Positions 1-12,100 of a DNA stretch of 64,000 nt are shown here, piece by piece. The notes under the pieces were generated by a model. It was not told the origin of the DNA. It searched no databases and saw only the letters and a list, made by a program, of their open reading frames with translations. The stretch spans positions 1,513 to 65,512 of the forward strand of contig CARAIG010000061.1 in NCBI GenBank assembly GCA_948938605.1. The letters run 5' to 3'. Position numbers and translations under genes: made by a program. Every line of letters begins with the position of its first letter. Position 1 is the stretch's first letter. Source of the stretch: an uncultured Eubacteriales bacterium. GTDB lineage: Bacteria > Bacillota > Clostridia > Christensenellales > CAG-314.

Positions 1-1598
1 TGCGACTTGTTCAGCAATCCCGTTAACGGATCGTGTGTTGCCGCGCGTTCCAATTCCGCCCTGCGGTTGAAGTCGGCAGTAATATCTTCCATTTTGCCAA
101 CTGCGCCCGAGTATACATATTCCTCTTCTTCAAGAGCATACTGTTTCATTATTTTGATTTTACATCTGTGCGCGCTGCCGTCCATAACTACGTCCGCTTC
201 GTAATCGATTATGGGGTTTTCGTGCGTTGCCGCGCGTATTAAGCGCGTAAGGTCGGTCAACGAACGCTGACTTAAACAATTAGCCAATTCCTTGTCTTCC
301 AACGGATTAAGTATGTACTGCTTAACTCCCAAATGATGTACGCTTTCGTCAAAGAAGCGTATTGCTACGGGGTTGGTGTGGATTTCGAACAAAAATTCCT
401 TAGAAAGCGACGTAATAAATTGATACTTTTGACGTTCGCGATCCAACAAATCCAACGTTCTTCTTGATGCGGACAATTCCTTTGTGGACAAAATTTCCTG
501 CGAAAATTTGCTTATGTCTCCGCTGGACTGGAATTCGGTAACATTGCCCAATTTTTCTTTAAGCATACCTTCAACGTTGCGCAATACGTCTAAAACAATC
601 GGGTTAAATGCACCGCATTCGCCGTTTAGTATCATTTCGACGGCTTTTTCGTGACTGAACGCTTTTTTATAACAACGCTCGCTGGTTAAGGCGTCGTACA
701 CGTCGGCAAGCGCAACTACTTGCGCTGAAATGGGAATTTCTTCCCCCTTTAAGCCGTCAGGGTATCCCCTGCCGTCCCAACGTTCATGGTGCCAACGCGC
801 AATTTCGTACGCTTTCATAAGCAGAGGTTCGCTTTTAACATTAGGCAACGCCGCAAGCATATCCGCACCCTTACTTGTGTGCGTTTTCATTATTGCAAAT
901 TCTTCGTCGGTAAACCTGCCCGGTTTGTTAAGTATTTTTTCGTCTATTGCAATTTTACCGATATCGTGCAAAGACGAAGCAAGCGTTATAATATCGATGT
1001 CGGCAGGCGACAAGTGGAATTGGTCGGTCATACCGACTAACGTACTTAACATCATTTCGGTAATAGTACGTATGTTGACAACGTGCTTACCGCTTTCGCC
1101 GTTACGGAATTCTACAATGTGACTTAAAATGTCGATCATTAACGACTGTTCTTTTTCACGCTTGTAAATTTGTTCCTCGATCAAACCCTTTAACGCTTTT
1201 TGTTTGGCGTACAACATAATCGTGTTTAACGAACGTCTGCGCACTACCAACGTGTCGAAAGGACGCTGAATGTAGTCGGTTGCGCCGAGTTCGTATCCGC
1301 GTTCGACAAACGCCGATGCGTTTTCCGACGAAATGATAATTACGGGGATATCTTGTATCCACTGGCGTTCGTTCATCTTGGCAAGCACGCCGAACCCATC
1401 CAAACGTGGCATTACGATATCCAACAAAACAAGGCTTATTTGATCGTCGTATTTTTCGATTTGTTCTATTGCTTCAACGCCGTCGGCGGCTTCGACAATG
1501 TCGAACTCCTCGCCCAACATATCGGTCAAAATAGAGCGGTTCATTTCCGAGTCGTCGGCTATAAGTATCATCTGTTTAGTTTTAACAAATTCTTCCAC
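1..1598 (-). CDS. Response regulator with REC and HD-GYP (c-di-GMP phosphodiesterase type) domains plus the start of a GGDEF domain. Partial: it continues past the window start.
   Basis: It is absent from the ORF track because it stays open to position 1. I translated it from GTG at 1598, which has GGAG 9 nt upstream. The translation reads VEEFVKTKQMILIADDSEMNR...LLDIVMPRLDGF (receiver), ...SSLHDIGKIAIDE...ARWHHERWDGRGYPDGL (HD-GYP), ...AATHDPLTGLLNK (typical start of a GGDEF domain). No in-frame stop was seen. Confidence 0.85.
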   Translation of the reverse strand, partial: MEEFVKTKQMILIADDSEMNRSILTDMLGEEFDIVEAADGVEAIEQIEKYDDQISLVLLDIVMPRLDGFGVLAKMNERQWIQDIPVIIISSENASAFVERGYELGATDYIQRPFDTLVVRRRSLNTIMLYAKQKALKGLIEEQIYKREKEQSLMIDILSHIVEFRNGESGKHVVNIRTITEMMLSTLVGMTDQFHLSPADIDIITLASSLHDIGKIAIDEKILNKPGRFTDEEFAIMKTHTSKGADMLAALPNVKSEPLLMKAYEIARWHHERWDGRGYPDGLKGEEIPISAQVVALADVYDALTSERCYKKAFSHEKAVEMILNGECGAFNPIVLDVLRNVEGMLKEKLGNVTEFQSSGDISKFSQEILSTKELSASRRTLDLLDRERQKYQFITSLSKEFLFEIHTNPVAIRFFDESVHHLGVKQYILNPLEDKELANCLSQRSLTDLTRLIRAATHENPIIDYEADVVMDGSAHRCKIKIMKQYALEEEEYVYSGAVGKMEDITADFNRRAELERAATHDPLTGLLNKS

Positions 1599-1701
1599 TG
1601 GGATTATCTCCTATTGTTATGTTATACGTTTGCTAATTTATCAATACTATGGCTATAATAACACGAAAACCGATTTATGTCTACACATTTATTTCAAAAG
1701 G

Positions 1702-3198
1702 CTATTTTTTGTCATTTCCGGTCGAATTAGTAGACGCGTGTATGTACCCTTTTTTAATTAGGTTTTCCGTCGATTTATATGACGGACGGAAATTCGTCGG
1801 TACATAATCGGCATTTTCCTGCAATCCGCTTTCGGCAAATACAATATTGATCATTTCCTTAGCGAACTTTGTACTGCGGTCGCTGCGTATCCTGTACATT
1901 GTGGGCATTTTAGCGTGCGGACGTTTGTGAGCGCGGTTTTCCACTTTGTATTTGGTTCCGTCAAATTTGGACGGGTCAACCGCTAAAAACAAACACAATG
2001 TCTTGCCGCGGATTGCAAACGTTGCTACGCACGTGCGTTTGTCCGAATAAAACGCTTCGCGCTTCCAGGTTATTTTGTTGTAAACGTTTTTGTAACTTAA
2101 AATATGGTTTTTCAATTCGGAATATCTTGCTTTCAATTCATCGTCCGCTTGAATAATGCGCGCAATAAAACTGCGGTTATAGCGGGTAAATTCCTCTTGG
2201 GCAAGTTCTTCCTTCATTTCTTCTTCGTCTTCGACTTCTTCGGCAATTTCTTCTTCGTCCGCTTGTACCGCATCTTTGGGGACTTCGCCCAAAATTACAA
2301 TACGTACTTTATCTTCGTCGAACAGTTCCGAAATTGTTTTAAAAGACAAGTCGAAGGCAAGGTTTTCCCTTTGTTCTTCCATAATGACAGTATGCGCGTC
2401 GGCGAGTTGCAACATTAAGTATTTTGCATACTGTACCTTACGCCGAGACGACAAGTTCAGTACCATCGGAGTTTTTGCATAACGTTTTTTATTCGATTTG
2501 TCAATTCCGTGATATTTAGTATTTACGTAGTCGTCGGGATTAAGCGCATAGGCAATACACAGCGTTTTACCTGTAAATGTAATCAGCGCCAAAGTCGTAC
2601 GTCCCTTGTAAACCCTTATTTGGTTGTAACTGAGTTGCATTTTTACCTTGTATTGGTAAATATCGTTCATCAGCTCGACGTATCTGCTTTTTACTTCGTC
2701 CGACGCATTACGCAAACGTGCTTCAAAACTGAACGAATACCTTGCGTAATAACGTTTACCGTCATATTGGCTTCCTTCAAACCCTAGCTTCCTGCGGGAC
2801 AATTCGCTCAATTCCGAAACGGGCAGTATTTCCGCGTCCATCGTTTCGTCGACGTCTTCCTGCTCGACTACTCCCAGATAGTTGTGTTCGGACGGTTCCT
2901 GCTCGTCTTTGTCTTCTTCGTCTTCGGCGACGACAAGGATAGACTCCTCGTCTTCCTCCTCGTCTTCGCCTACGACTATTGTGCCGCCGCTTATTAACAC
3001 TTGCAACTGACTAATCAATTCCTCGCGTTTAGCTTGAAGTTGGTATGTGCATAGTTTGCGTTCGCGGTTTTTGCGGAAATACAATATAAGAAGTACGTTT
3101 GTAGCTACCAAGCAAACCGCTAAAACACAGCATACGCACACCCAAACGATTTGACTGTTTGTAAGCAAACTGTCACTTAACACTGCAAATATATTCAT
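1702..3198 (-). CDS. Membrane-anchored acidic protein with an internally duplicated ~120-aa basic domain of unknown function
   Basis: 498-aa ORF. Its ATG shares an A with the TAA stop of the giant gene (TAATG at 3198), which suggests translational coupling. One N-terminal TM helix (IVWVCVCCVLAVCLVATNVLLILYF) is followed by RKNRERK. Glu/Asp-rich linkers follow. Two related segments are RYSFSFEARL...GKTLCIAYALNP...KY...AKTP and RYNRSFIARI...GKTLCLFLAVDP...KY...AKMP. Confidence 0.8.
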   Translation of the reverse strand: MNIFAVLSDSLLTNSQIVWVCVCCVLAVCLVATNVLLILYFRKNRERKLCTYQLQAKREELISQLQVLISGGTIVVGEDEEEDEESILVVAEDEEDKDEQEPSEHNYLGVVEQEDVDETMDAEILPVSELSELSRRKLGFEGSQYDGKRYYARYSFSFEARLRNASDEVKSRYVELMNDIYQYKVKMQLSYNQIRVYKGRTTLALITFTGKTLCIAYALNPDDYVNTKYHGIDKSNKKRYAKTPMVLNLSSRRKVQYAKYLMLQLADAHTVIMEEQRENLAFDLSFKTISELFDEDKVRIVILGEVPKDAVQADEEEIAEEVEDEEEMKEELAQEEFTRYNRSFIARIIQADDELKARYSELKNHILSYKNVYNKITWKREAFYSDKRTCVATFAIRGKTLCLFLAVDPSKFDGTKYKVENRAHKRPHAKMPTMYRIRSDRSTKFAKEMINIVFAESGLQENADYVPTNFRPSYKSTENLIKKGYIHASTNSTGNDKK

Positions 3199-6100
3199 TA
3201 TTCGCCCTCCCAGCCGTCAGCGCGGGATCTTTCATCGATTGCTTGCGCTTCCTTACGCTTTTTACGGCGGTTTACAAGAGTAAGTATTACCGCCATTACA
3301 GCAAGTCCGACGCACAAACCCGAAACTACGCATATCGCCGCGATGAACGCAGTGTTTGTACCGGTAAGTTCAAAGTTTACCGTAATCGAAGCGCTTTCGG
3401 TGTCTTCCCAAACATAGTTGTCGGTATCTTTAAGAGTGATAACCGCCGAGTAGTAACCTTCGTGAGCGTGAACGTTGTTTTCAATCGTCATTATACCGCT
3501 GTTAAATCCTTCGGGGATAAATATGATGTCTTCGCCGTTTACAATCAGTTTGTTGGTTGCATCGGGAATACGTTTAACCACTTGACGTTCAACCGTCCAG
3601 TTTACTACTATTGCACCGTCGACAACGTCGGCAGTATCAGACCATTGATAGTTGTTACTGTTGCGCAGTTTAAATACTGCTTTGTAGGTGTTTGCATTAA
3701 GAGCCAACAAGTTGAGTTGTCCGTTATTGTCCGAACGGTACATATCGTCGTCCAACGTCAAACTCATTATTTGATCGTCAAACCCGTTAATAATTAACGA
3801 CAGCATACTTCCCGTATAAACGCTGTTTTCGTTAAGGTTTGTAACCGCAGGAGCGTTTACGGTCTTTTTGCTTATAACAAACTTCGTTGCGCGGCTTACA
3901 AACGCATTGTAGTTGTCGCTTGCCGCAACGGTTGCACGCACCCAATATTCGCCCGCATTGTGCGGAACTTCGGTTGTATACGAACCGTTTTCGCTGGTTG
4001 CATATTCGAACACGATGTTTTGTTCGCCGCTTATTACGCTTGCTTTGGGGGCACTTACCGTTTCGCCGAATGTCCAATCGGAAATTTCCACCTTGATACT
4101 GTCGGCAGGCGCATTAGGATTGTCCTTATCTACAAGACTGTTGTCCGCTTTTACTATTTCAAATTTAATAGTTGTAGTCCGGTTAAGGTTATCTACCCAA
4201 GCGTAGTTGTTTATGTCAATCAAACTTAGCGTTAAGTCGTAGATACCGACATTTATTAACGAACCTGTAAATATTGTGTTGTAAATTTTGGTTTGCCCTT
4301 CCGCATTGTAGAACTTGTCGTCAATTTCGGGGATAATGGCTTTGCCCGTATAGGAAGCCGTTTTTGCCTTGATCTTGTCGGCATCTATTTCGCGCTTGAA
4401 CACTTCCAGTATGGTACTGTAAATTCCGCTGGAATATGTGCGGTCAAGCTCGTAGTTTTTGCTTACGACGCCCGTTACGGTTGCTTCGTAGATACCTGCT
4501 TTCGAAGGAACAACACTTCCGTTGAATGTTGTTCCGTCGTATGCCGTACCGCTGTAATTTACGTTAAATTGCAAATTCTTAACAGCTTCGACAGTTCCGT
4601 CCGATTTAATTACCACAACCGTCATAAATTCGATACGCGCAGCGCTTTCGCCGTATGTTCCGTTAATAGGACGGATACGTACGCCTACTTTTGCTTTGTT
4701 GATCGTGTGCGTTCCGTTAAGTACGGTTATTTCGTAGTTTGCATTTTGCGCCGTAGCGGTAATTCCGTAACTGTCCGCATCGGAAGTTTCGTTTGCCGTT
4801 GTCACCGCAAGATAAGTAATTACGCTGTTGTCGTCGCCGTTGGCAAGAGTACCTTTTACAACTTCGAATTGCTGCGACAAAATCACTTTTTCGCCGTAGA
4901 CGGATTCGCTGCCAACAGGTCGAATGGTAATTGCACGCTTGTTGACAGTCAACTTGCCCGCAGCAGCGTGAACGGTGTAGTTGTCACATTCAATTCCGCT
5001 TATATCGGCATACATAACGTATCCGCCGTCTTGTACAGTAAGTTTTGTTCCGTCAACGCCGTCGCCAAGCAAGTATTTTACAATACCGCTTACTATTTCG
5101 TCATTAGCCTTACCTTCGTCGTCACCGCGCAAACCTTTTAATTCAAAACCGAACTTACTTGTGCTGTTTGCAAAACTTTCGCCGTAGGTGATAGTTCCGT
5201 AAGGTGTCAACGTTAAATTAGCCTTAGTTATTACAAACGTCTTGTCAACAGTGTTGCCTGCTGTGTTTTTCCAAGCGTAGTTGTAAGTGTTTACAAGCGT
5301 CAACGTTACTGTGTGCGAACCTGCAACCGTAAACGTTTGGTTGGATACGGTATAACCGTCGTTATCGCTTAAACCGTGCGATTGCGCCGTTCCGCTGTAA
5401 ACTTTACTACCTATCGAAATACCGCTTTCGTCGATGACCTTTTTAGCAATGTCAAACGTTGCGTCGTTAACAACGTCTATTTCGAAGTTGTCGTTAGCAT
5501 TATCCAAACTTGCGGTAACGCTATAACTGCCTGCATTTTGAGGTATTACACCAGTTAAACTTTCGTAAGAAGTACCGTCGTTTTGCGTACCGGTAACTTT
5601 GTATATAAGTCTGTTTTGGAAGCCCGACTCAAATACATAACCCGTAAGGTTAGTTGCCGATATACTGCTTACGCTGTACGCTGCGTTTGTTCCGTGGTAA
5701 ACGCCGTCCGTCGCCGTCAAGTCCACCTTGACTTTTATCGGCAATATTTCGTGTGTGCCTATTTCTACGGTTACTTTGTAGTTGTCCGCTTCGACAGTTG
5801 CCGTAACGTCGTATTTGCCGACATTGGAACTTGCCGTTGCATCGATAGAAGGCGTATAGTTTTTAATGACATCGATTTCGTCATCCCAAGCAAGACTTTC
5901 GCCCACTTTCAGAGTAAATGTGTTGGACAGGAAGTCTGCGGGGGTTTGACTGTATATCGAAGTAGAACTGCCTGCTACGATAGTGATTTGTTTCTTTTTC
6001 ACTACGTAATCGCCGTAAACGACTTCGCCGTTTCCATCAGTTTTTAACGAAATGTTATAGTTGTCGCTTTCAAAGCCTATTACACGTCCGCTGTCGTCGG

Positions 6101-9100
6101 TTTTCAACGTGACTTTATACGTATTAGCCACAGGACGCTCGCGGTTGATTTCACCGACAAAAATTATTTGAACGCCGTCGCCGTTAAGTCTTACAATTCC
6201 GTCGGGAACCGTTTGACCGCTTAAAGCGTAAACAAACTTCCATTTAATGGTTTCGTCGGTTGCCGCCGTGCCGTAGGTTATCGAACCGTAAGGTATAGCA
6301 AATATTCCTGCGGGATCGATTGTAAAGTTAATTTGAATATCGGCGTCTTCGATTGCGTCGCCGTTTACATCCAACCACTTGTAGTTATCGGCATCGGTTA
6401 AAGTCAACGTTACTTTGTAGTGGTCGCCAACATCGATAAAATCTTGATATCCGCTTGTAACGCTAAATACATCGTAAGTAAAGTCGGCGTCATCGGCAAT
6501 TATAATTTGCGGTTCTATCGCTACACCCGTAAATACTTTGTTTTGAGTGGAAATTTTACGCGAATCCACTGCAAACTTTTCGATTGTAAATGTCAACGTA
6601 GGACTGTTTGCCAACACATAGTTGCTGTTGCCGTTTGCCGAAATTGTTACGGCATAGTTGTTAGCATTGTGAGGAACAGTACTCGAACCGTCATACAAAA
6701 CGGTTATTACAAAGTTTGCGCTTGAATCCAACGCCGTTTCAACTCCGTCTTGGTCGACAACGGTTGCATTGAACGTTACGGGAGTTATAGTTCCGTTGTA
6801 AGTACCGCCGCCGTTGGTAAGGGTAACGGTTACCTTGCGTTCGATTATTGTATAAGTACCGTTAGTATATGTGATTATAAAGTTAGGATCGCTGTATTCG
6901 GTATAAATACGGTAGCCGCCGACAGGACTGGATTGGTTTGCATCCGTTTTAAACGTAATATTGCCGATTACTTCGTCTTGCGCAAATACGTCGTCCGAAG
7001 TTGCGCTAACCGTACTTAAATCGATTGTCCAACCGTACTGTCTGTCGTTAACGCTTGAAATGCTAACGTTAACGGCGCGTTTGTCAACAATCAATTTACC
7101 TTCCGCAACAACGATATTGTAGTTTTCCGCTGTAAGACCTTTTACATAACCGTTTTCAACTTCAACCGTCAAACCGTAACCGTTTGCATTTGCATCGAGT
7201 TTAGTTCCGTCTATATTGCCGACCAATGCGTATGTAACATTGCCTGTTACAACGCTTTTGTTTTGATCGTAAACAAATCCGCTCAGTTCAAACGAATATT
7301 TGTTTTGTCCGTTATTGGGATCAAACGCATCGCCGTAGGTTATTGTTCCGTTGGGAGTTAACGTCAACGTTGCCTTGTCGATTGTCAATTTAGCATACGC
7401 AACCTTGGAAGTAAAGTTGTTGTGTCCGCTGTCGTCGGTCAATGTTACTTTTATCCAAAAATGTCCCGCGTAATTAGGTACATCGCCCGACCAGCCGCTT
7501 TCGGGAGCAACGGTTTCACCGCTTCTGCGCGTTGTGTATTGCCAAGTAAATTTACCGTCATAGCCTTGCAACGGAGTAATTTGCTGTTCGACAATCGCAT
7601 TGCCGTAAGTTTCCGTAATATCGCTCACGCTAAAATACTTGTTGTCAATATTTTCCGCGCTGTCCGTTTGGATAGTCCACTCGACCTGTTTATCCGATAT
7701 TGTACCGCCCGTCCAGCAATATCTGGTTTCATAACCGTCTCTGATTACAAAGTGAACTTCATAGTTCCCCGCATTTGTTCCGGTTATTTGACTTCCGCTG
7801 CCGATTGCGTTTCCGTTATAAACGGCTCTTATAATAGTGTTAAGCGCAACTCCGTTTATTTCGTTGTCGTATTTAACAACCAAAGTTTGTTGCTGTCCGT
7901 TATACGTTGTGCTTTCAAACGCGGGGATATCCAATTCCTTTTTGGTTATTTCAAACACGTTGCAGCCGCGTACTACAAGCGATTCGCTTTGACCGTTTCC
8001 GTCGCTAACATTACCGTCGTACTTAACGCAAAGTATGTAATAACCTATATCGAAGAAGTCTTCGGGCAAATCCTGTTTAAGAATGAATTTGACGTCAAAC
8101 AAACTTTCGATGCGTTTAAGTTCAACTCCGTTAGCGTATTCGGGATCTTCCATAAACGCCTTAGCCTTGTCAATGTCGTCTTCGCCGACCACCTTGCCGT
8201 ACATTACCGACAATTCGCCTTCGGCTCCTGCTTGGTTGAACTTCCATTCGTCACCGTTGACAAAAATCTTAAATGCGTAATCGTTAAGGCTGTCGCTGTA
8301 TTGCGCGTTATCTTGCTTGGCAAGGAACGTAATAACATTGTTAGTTAACGTAAACTTTTGAATAAACTTTTCCACGTTAAATTCGTAGTTATCCGTTGCG
8401 CTCGACTTTAAAGTAATGGTTGCAAAAAACGTACTGCTTTGACCGCTGACAGTTAAACGCAATATGTTGTTGTCGTCGAACGTCGGGGTGACAGTTTGCT
8501 TTGAACCGTCAACAACCAAAACACGCTCGATTTGTACATCCATAATAAACCTATCGAACCCGTCCAAAACGTTTTCCTTGCTTTCGGCGGAGTCGTCGTC
8601 CTTTTTAATTGTAATGGACGTTTCGCTCCAACGGACGTCGGTGGAATCGAATTTGATTTTTGTAACCGTAAAGTCAAGTTCCGCAGTATTTGTCGTTTCG
8701 CCGTCCGATGCTCCCGCAAAGGCATAGTTGCCGTTTGAAGCAAGAGTTACCGTTACGGTGTAGTTACCAGCTTTAACGGGAGCGTACCCTGCCGTTTGTC
8801 CTGCGCCAGTTGTCGTGTTGTACGTAATTGTATATTCGCTAGACGCAATGTCGCCTACCGTGTTGGTAAATTGCAACACTGCGTTGTGCGCTTTGCCGTA
8901 TGCGCCTTGCGCCGTTTGGTATTCGTCCCCTTCCAACGGAGTAAATTGCATTGTGGGATTAGTGTTGGTTACGGAAATCACACGTTTTTCAATTGTGTAA
9001 GTACCCGTTTGTCCGTTGTCGTAAGCTATTGCGTAGTTGTCGCTTGCGCTAACAGTAACAGTGTAAACACCTGCATTTGCATTGACCGCATACGCGTCTT

Positions 9101-12100
9101 CGCTTGCGCCGTTAAGTACCGTAATGTCAAACACGTCGCCGTTTTTAAGTTCGCCGTCAACTACTTGGTAAAGCTGTTCCGCCGCTTGCGCCGTCTCGCC
9201 GTAAACGCTAGTCTTATCGTTAATGTACTTAATTGTAATATCCCGCTTGCTTACGGTAAACACCGACGTTGCGGTGCCGTCCACAGTATAGTTGCCATTG
9301 GTTGTGTCGTAGCTTACTTTAATTGTGTATCCGCCGTCTTTATAACCTAACGTAGGAATGTTGGCAATGTCTATTTTATTGCCGCCGTCAAATATGCTTA
9401 GCGTAATTGCAAGGTCGTCGCCCGCAACTATTGCCGAACCCGCATAACTGCCTGTAACGGTATATGCGTTATCCAACTTGTTGCCCAATACGTCGCCGTA
9501 AACGTTGGTAACGTTATTCGGAGTTATTGTAATGCTGCGGGGAGCAACCGTATATACTCCTTCGACGGGGGAAACAAGGTTCAACTTGTATTTATCCGCG
9601 TAATCCGACTTGATAGCAGCATTAACGGTGTATCTGCCCGCCGACGGATTGCTGCTAGCCATTGCAATGCCGTCCTTGGTAGCGGTAAGCGCTATAACGT
9701 CGGCAAACGTATGTCCGTTTACTAAGTAATTGTTAGCATTAGTAATGTCGACGACTTGTTGCGTATACAAGTTTACTTGTTCGCCGTAGTCGCTTGTTCC
9801 GCCGCCGTTAAATGCAACGGTTATACTGCGGAGCGAAATTTCCAACGTTATAGTATTAACTTTAATTATATAGTTGCTGTTTGCGGTAAATTCAAGACCT
9901 ACTGTATAGGTTCCTTTTACTTGCGTAGAAATACTGTCCGTAACGTCTGTTTGACCGTTGTAAACGCGCGCCTTTATGTTAAGAGAATCTTCGTCCGCTT
10001 GGTTTACAAATCCCGTTCCGTCCGCTTTGTAACTAAACGGATTTGCGGGCAAACTGTCGCCGTATGCCAACTCGCTGAAATTTTTGGATACGTTCAAAAC
10101 AACCGTACGTTGCGTTATGCTGTATTTGCCGGCACCTACAACCTTTAAAGTATAGTTTGCCTTGTATCCGTCGTTAAGGGCGGCTTCGATTTCGTACTCG
10201 GCTACAACGGGAATTGTGTCGGCTTGCTTCAACACAAGGTTAACTATATTATTGTAAACATGTCCGTTAACGGCGTTGGTAAGCGTGCCTACGCTTTCGC
10301 TGTACAAGTCGGCGTTAGTAAAGTCGCCGTAAACGCTGCTAGAACCGTTTGCAGTAAAGGTTAACGTCAACTCGCGCGGAGTAACTACAAACTTAGCTTC
10401 CCCGCCGTAATCAACTTTATAGTTACCGTTGGAGTTGTCGCAACTAAGCGTCATAATATAACCGCCGTCGATTACGTCAAGCAACGCAACGTTTGTTACA
10501 ATGCTGTTGGAAGCGTAAATATTGACAGATATGCCTATATCGTCGCCGTCGATTACGGTATACGGACTTGCTGTATCGCATACGTAAGCAAAGCCGTAGC
10601 CCAATTCGTTGTTGCCCAACTCATTGCCGTAAACGTGATTAACGTTTTGGGGAACAATTTTAACCGTACGCTTTTCGATAGTATATGTTCCGCGGTGGTT
10701 AGCGTCGCCGTTTACATACGTTACTTTGTAGTTGGGGTTAGACAAAGTAACTTCAACGTGATACGTACCGACGGACGCTTTGTTGCTTGCAGCAACTCCG
10801 CTGTCGTTTTTAGCGGTTACTACCGCTTTGTCGTCGCCTATCAAGCCTACAACGGTAAATGCGTCGTTCAAGTTAACTTCTTCACCGTAGACGCTGCTTG
10901 CGCCCGCATTAAAGGTTATTGTAACTTGCAGTTCGATAATTTTAAATTCGGCATTTTCAACGCTGATTTCGTAGTTGGGGTTACTTGCGCTGACTTTAAT
11001 TGTATAGTTGCCTACAACAAGACTTGCAACGTTGTCGGTTACGTCATTTACGCCGTCAAATACCGCAAGGACGATATTAAGGTCGTCGCCGTTTACTATG
11101 CCGAGCGTGCTTGTAACTTCGTATTTAAGTTCGTTGTCCGTCAAGCCGCTGCCGTAAATATGGTTTGTTACATCTTGCGCTGCAATTGTAATTGCACGCT
11201 TTGTTACGGTAAATTTACCGCCGACAAGGGTTACCTTGTAATTTGCGTTGGCATTTGCGCCTTGTGCAAGCGTTATTGTATATCCGCCGTCCTTTACGGT
11301 AAGTTTAGTAAAGTCGGTAACTTCGCTGCTGCCCGAATATACCTTTGCAACTATATCCAAATTGTCGCCGTTAACTACCGCATCGCCGTGTCCGTTAGCA
11401 GTTGCCGTTTGCCAAGTAATGCTGCTTACGTCAAAACTTTCGCCGTAGGTATGGGACGTAACGTCGTTTGCCGTTACCGTAACGGTGCGTTGTACTACCT
11501 TGAAACTAACCTTAGTATAGGTTACGGCATAGTTTTTGTTCGTCCAATCAAAACCTGCATAGTAGGATGTGCCTACGTTTTGCTTGGAAATATCGGTAAT
11601 CAACTCGTTTGACGAATTGTAAATTCCTACGCTTCCGCCCAAGTCGTCGCCCGCAATTAACGCACCGCTTGCAACCGTATAATTTAAAGTAATGCCTGCA
11701 TCCGTCAATGAATCGCCGTAGACGGTTGTAGTTTTGTTTACGTTAAGAGTAACCGTTATTGCCTTGGGACTTACAGTAAACGTACCGCCGACAAGTTCGT
11801 CAACGTCCTGCGTGCCGTCGTTCAAAACATAACTTGCGCCCTCTTTAAGTTTAAACTTAAATTGATACTCGGTTGCGCCTATTTTGTCGGTTGACGGGTC
11901 TAATTCGTTGCCTTCGCCGTCTACAAGGCATACCGTTACTAAGTCTTTAAGTTTGTCTTGTAAATACTGTAAACTTCTTGCTTCGAAATACTCAAACAAC
12001 CAACGTTGTGCATCATCGGACAAGTCGGTGCGCTGCGCCCACAAATTTATAGCGTCGCCGTAAACCGCTGAACCCGCATTGGTAAATTCGATTGTCAACG

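Noticed and set aside
4293-11612. Long plus-strand ORFs inside the giant gene (for example 4293..5141, 7422..8348, 10635..11612)
   Set aside because: They lie antisense to an uninterrupted 13-kb ORF with a clear domain repeat structure. Their products are low-complexity Cys/Val/Arg/Phe-rich strings without SD sites. They are shadow ORFs of a repetitive gene.
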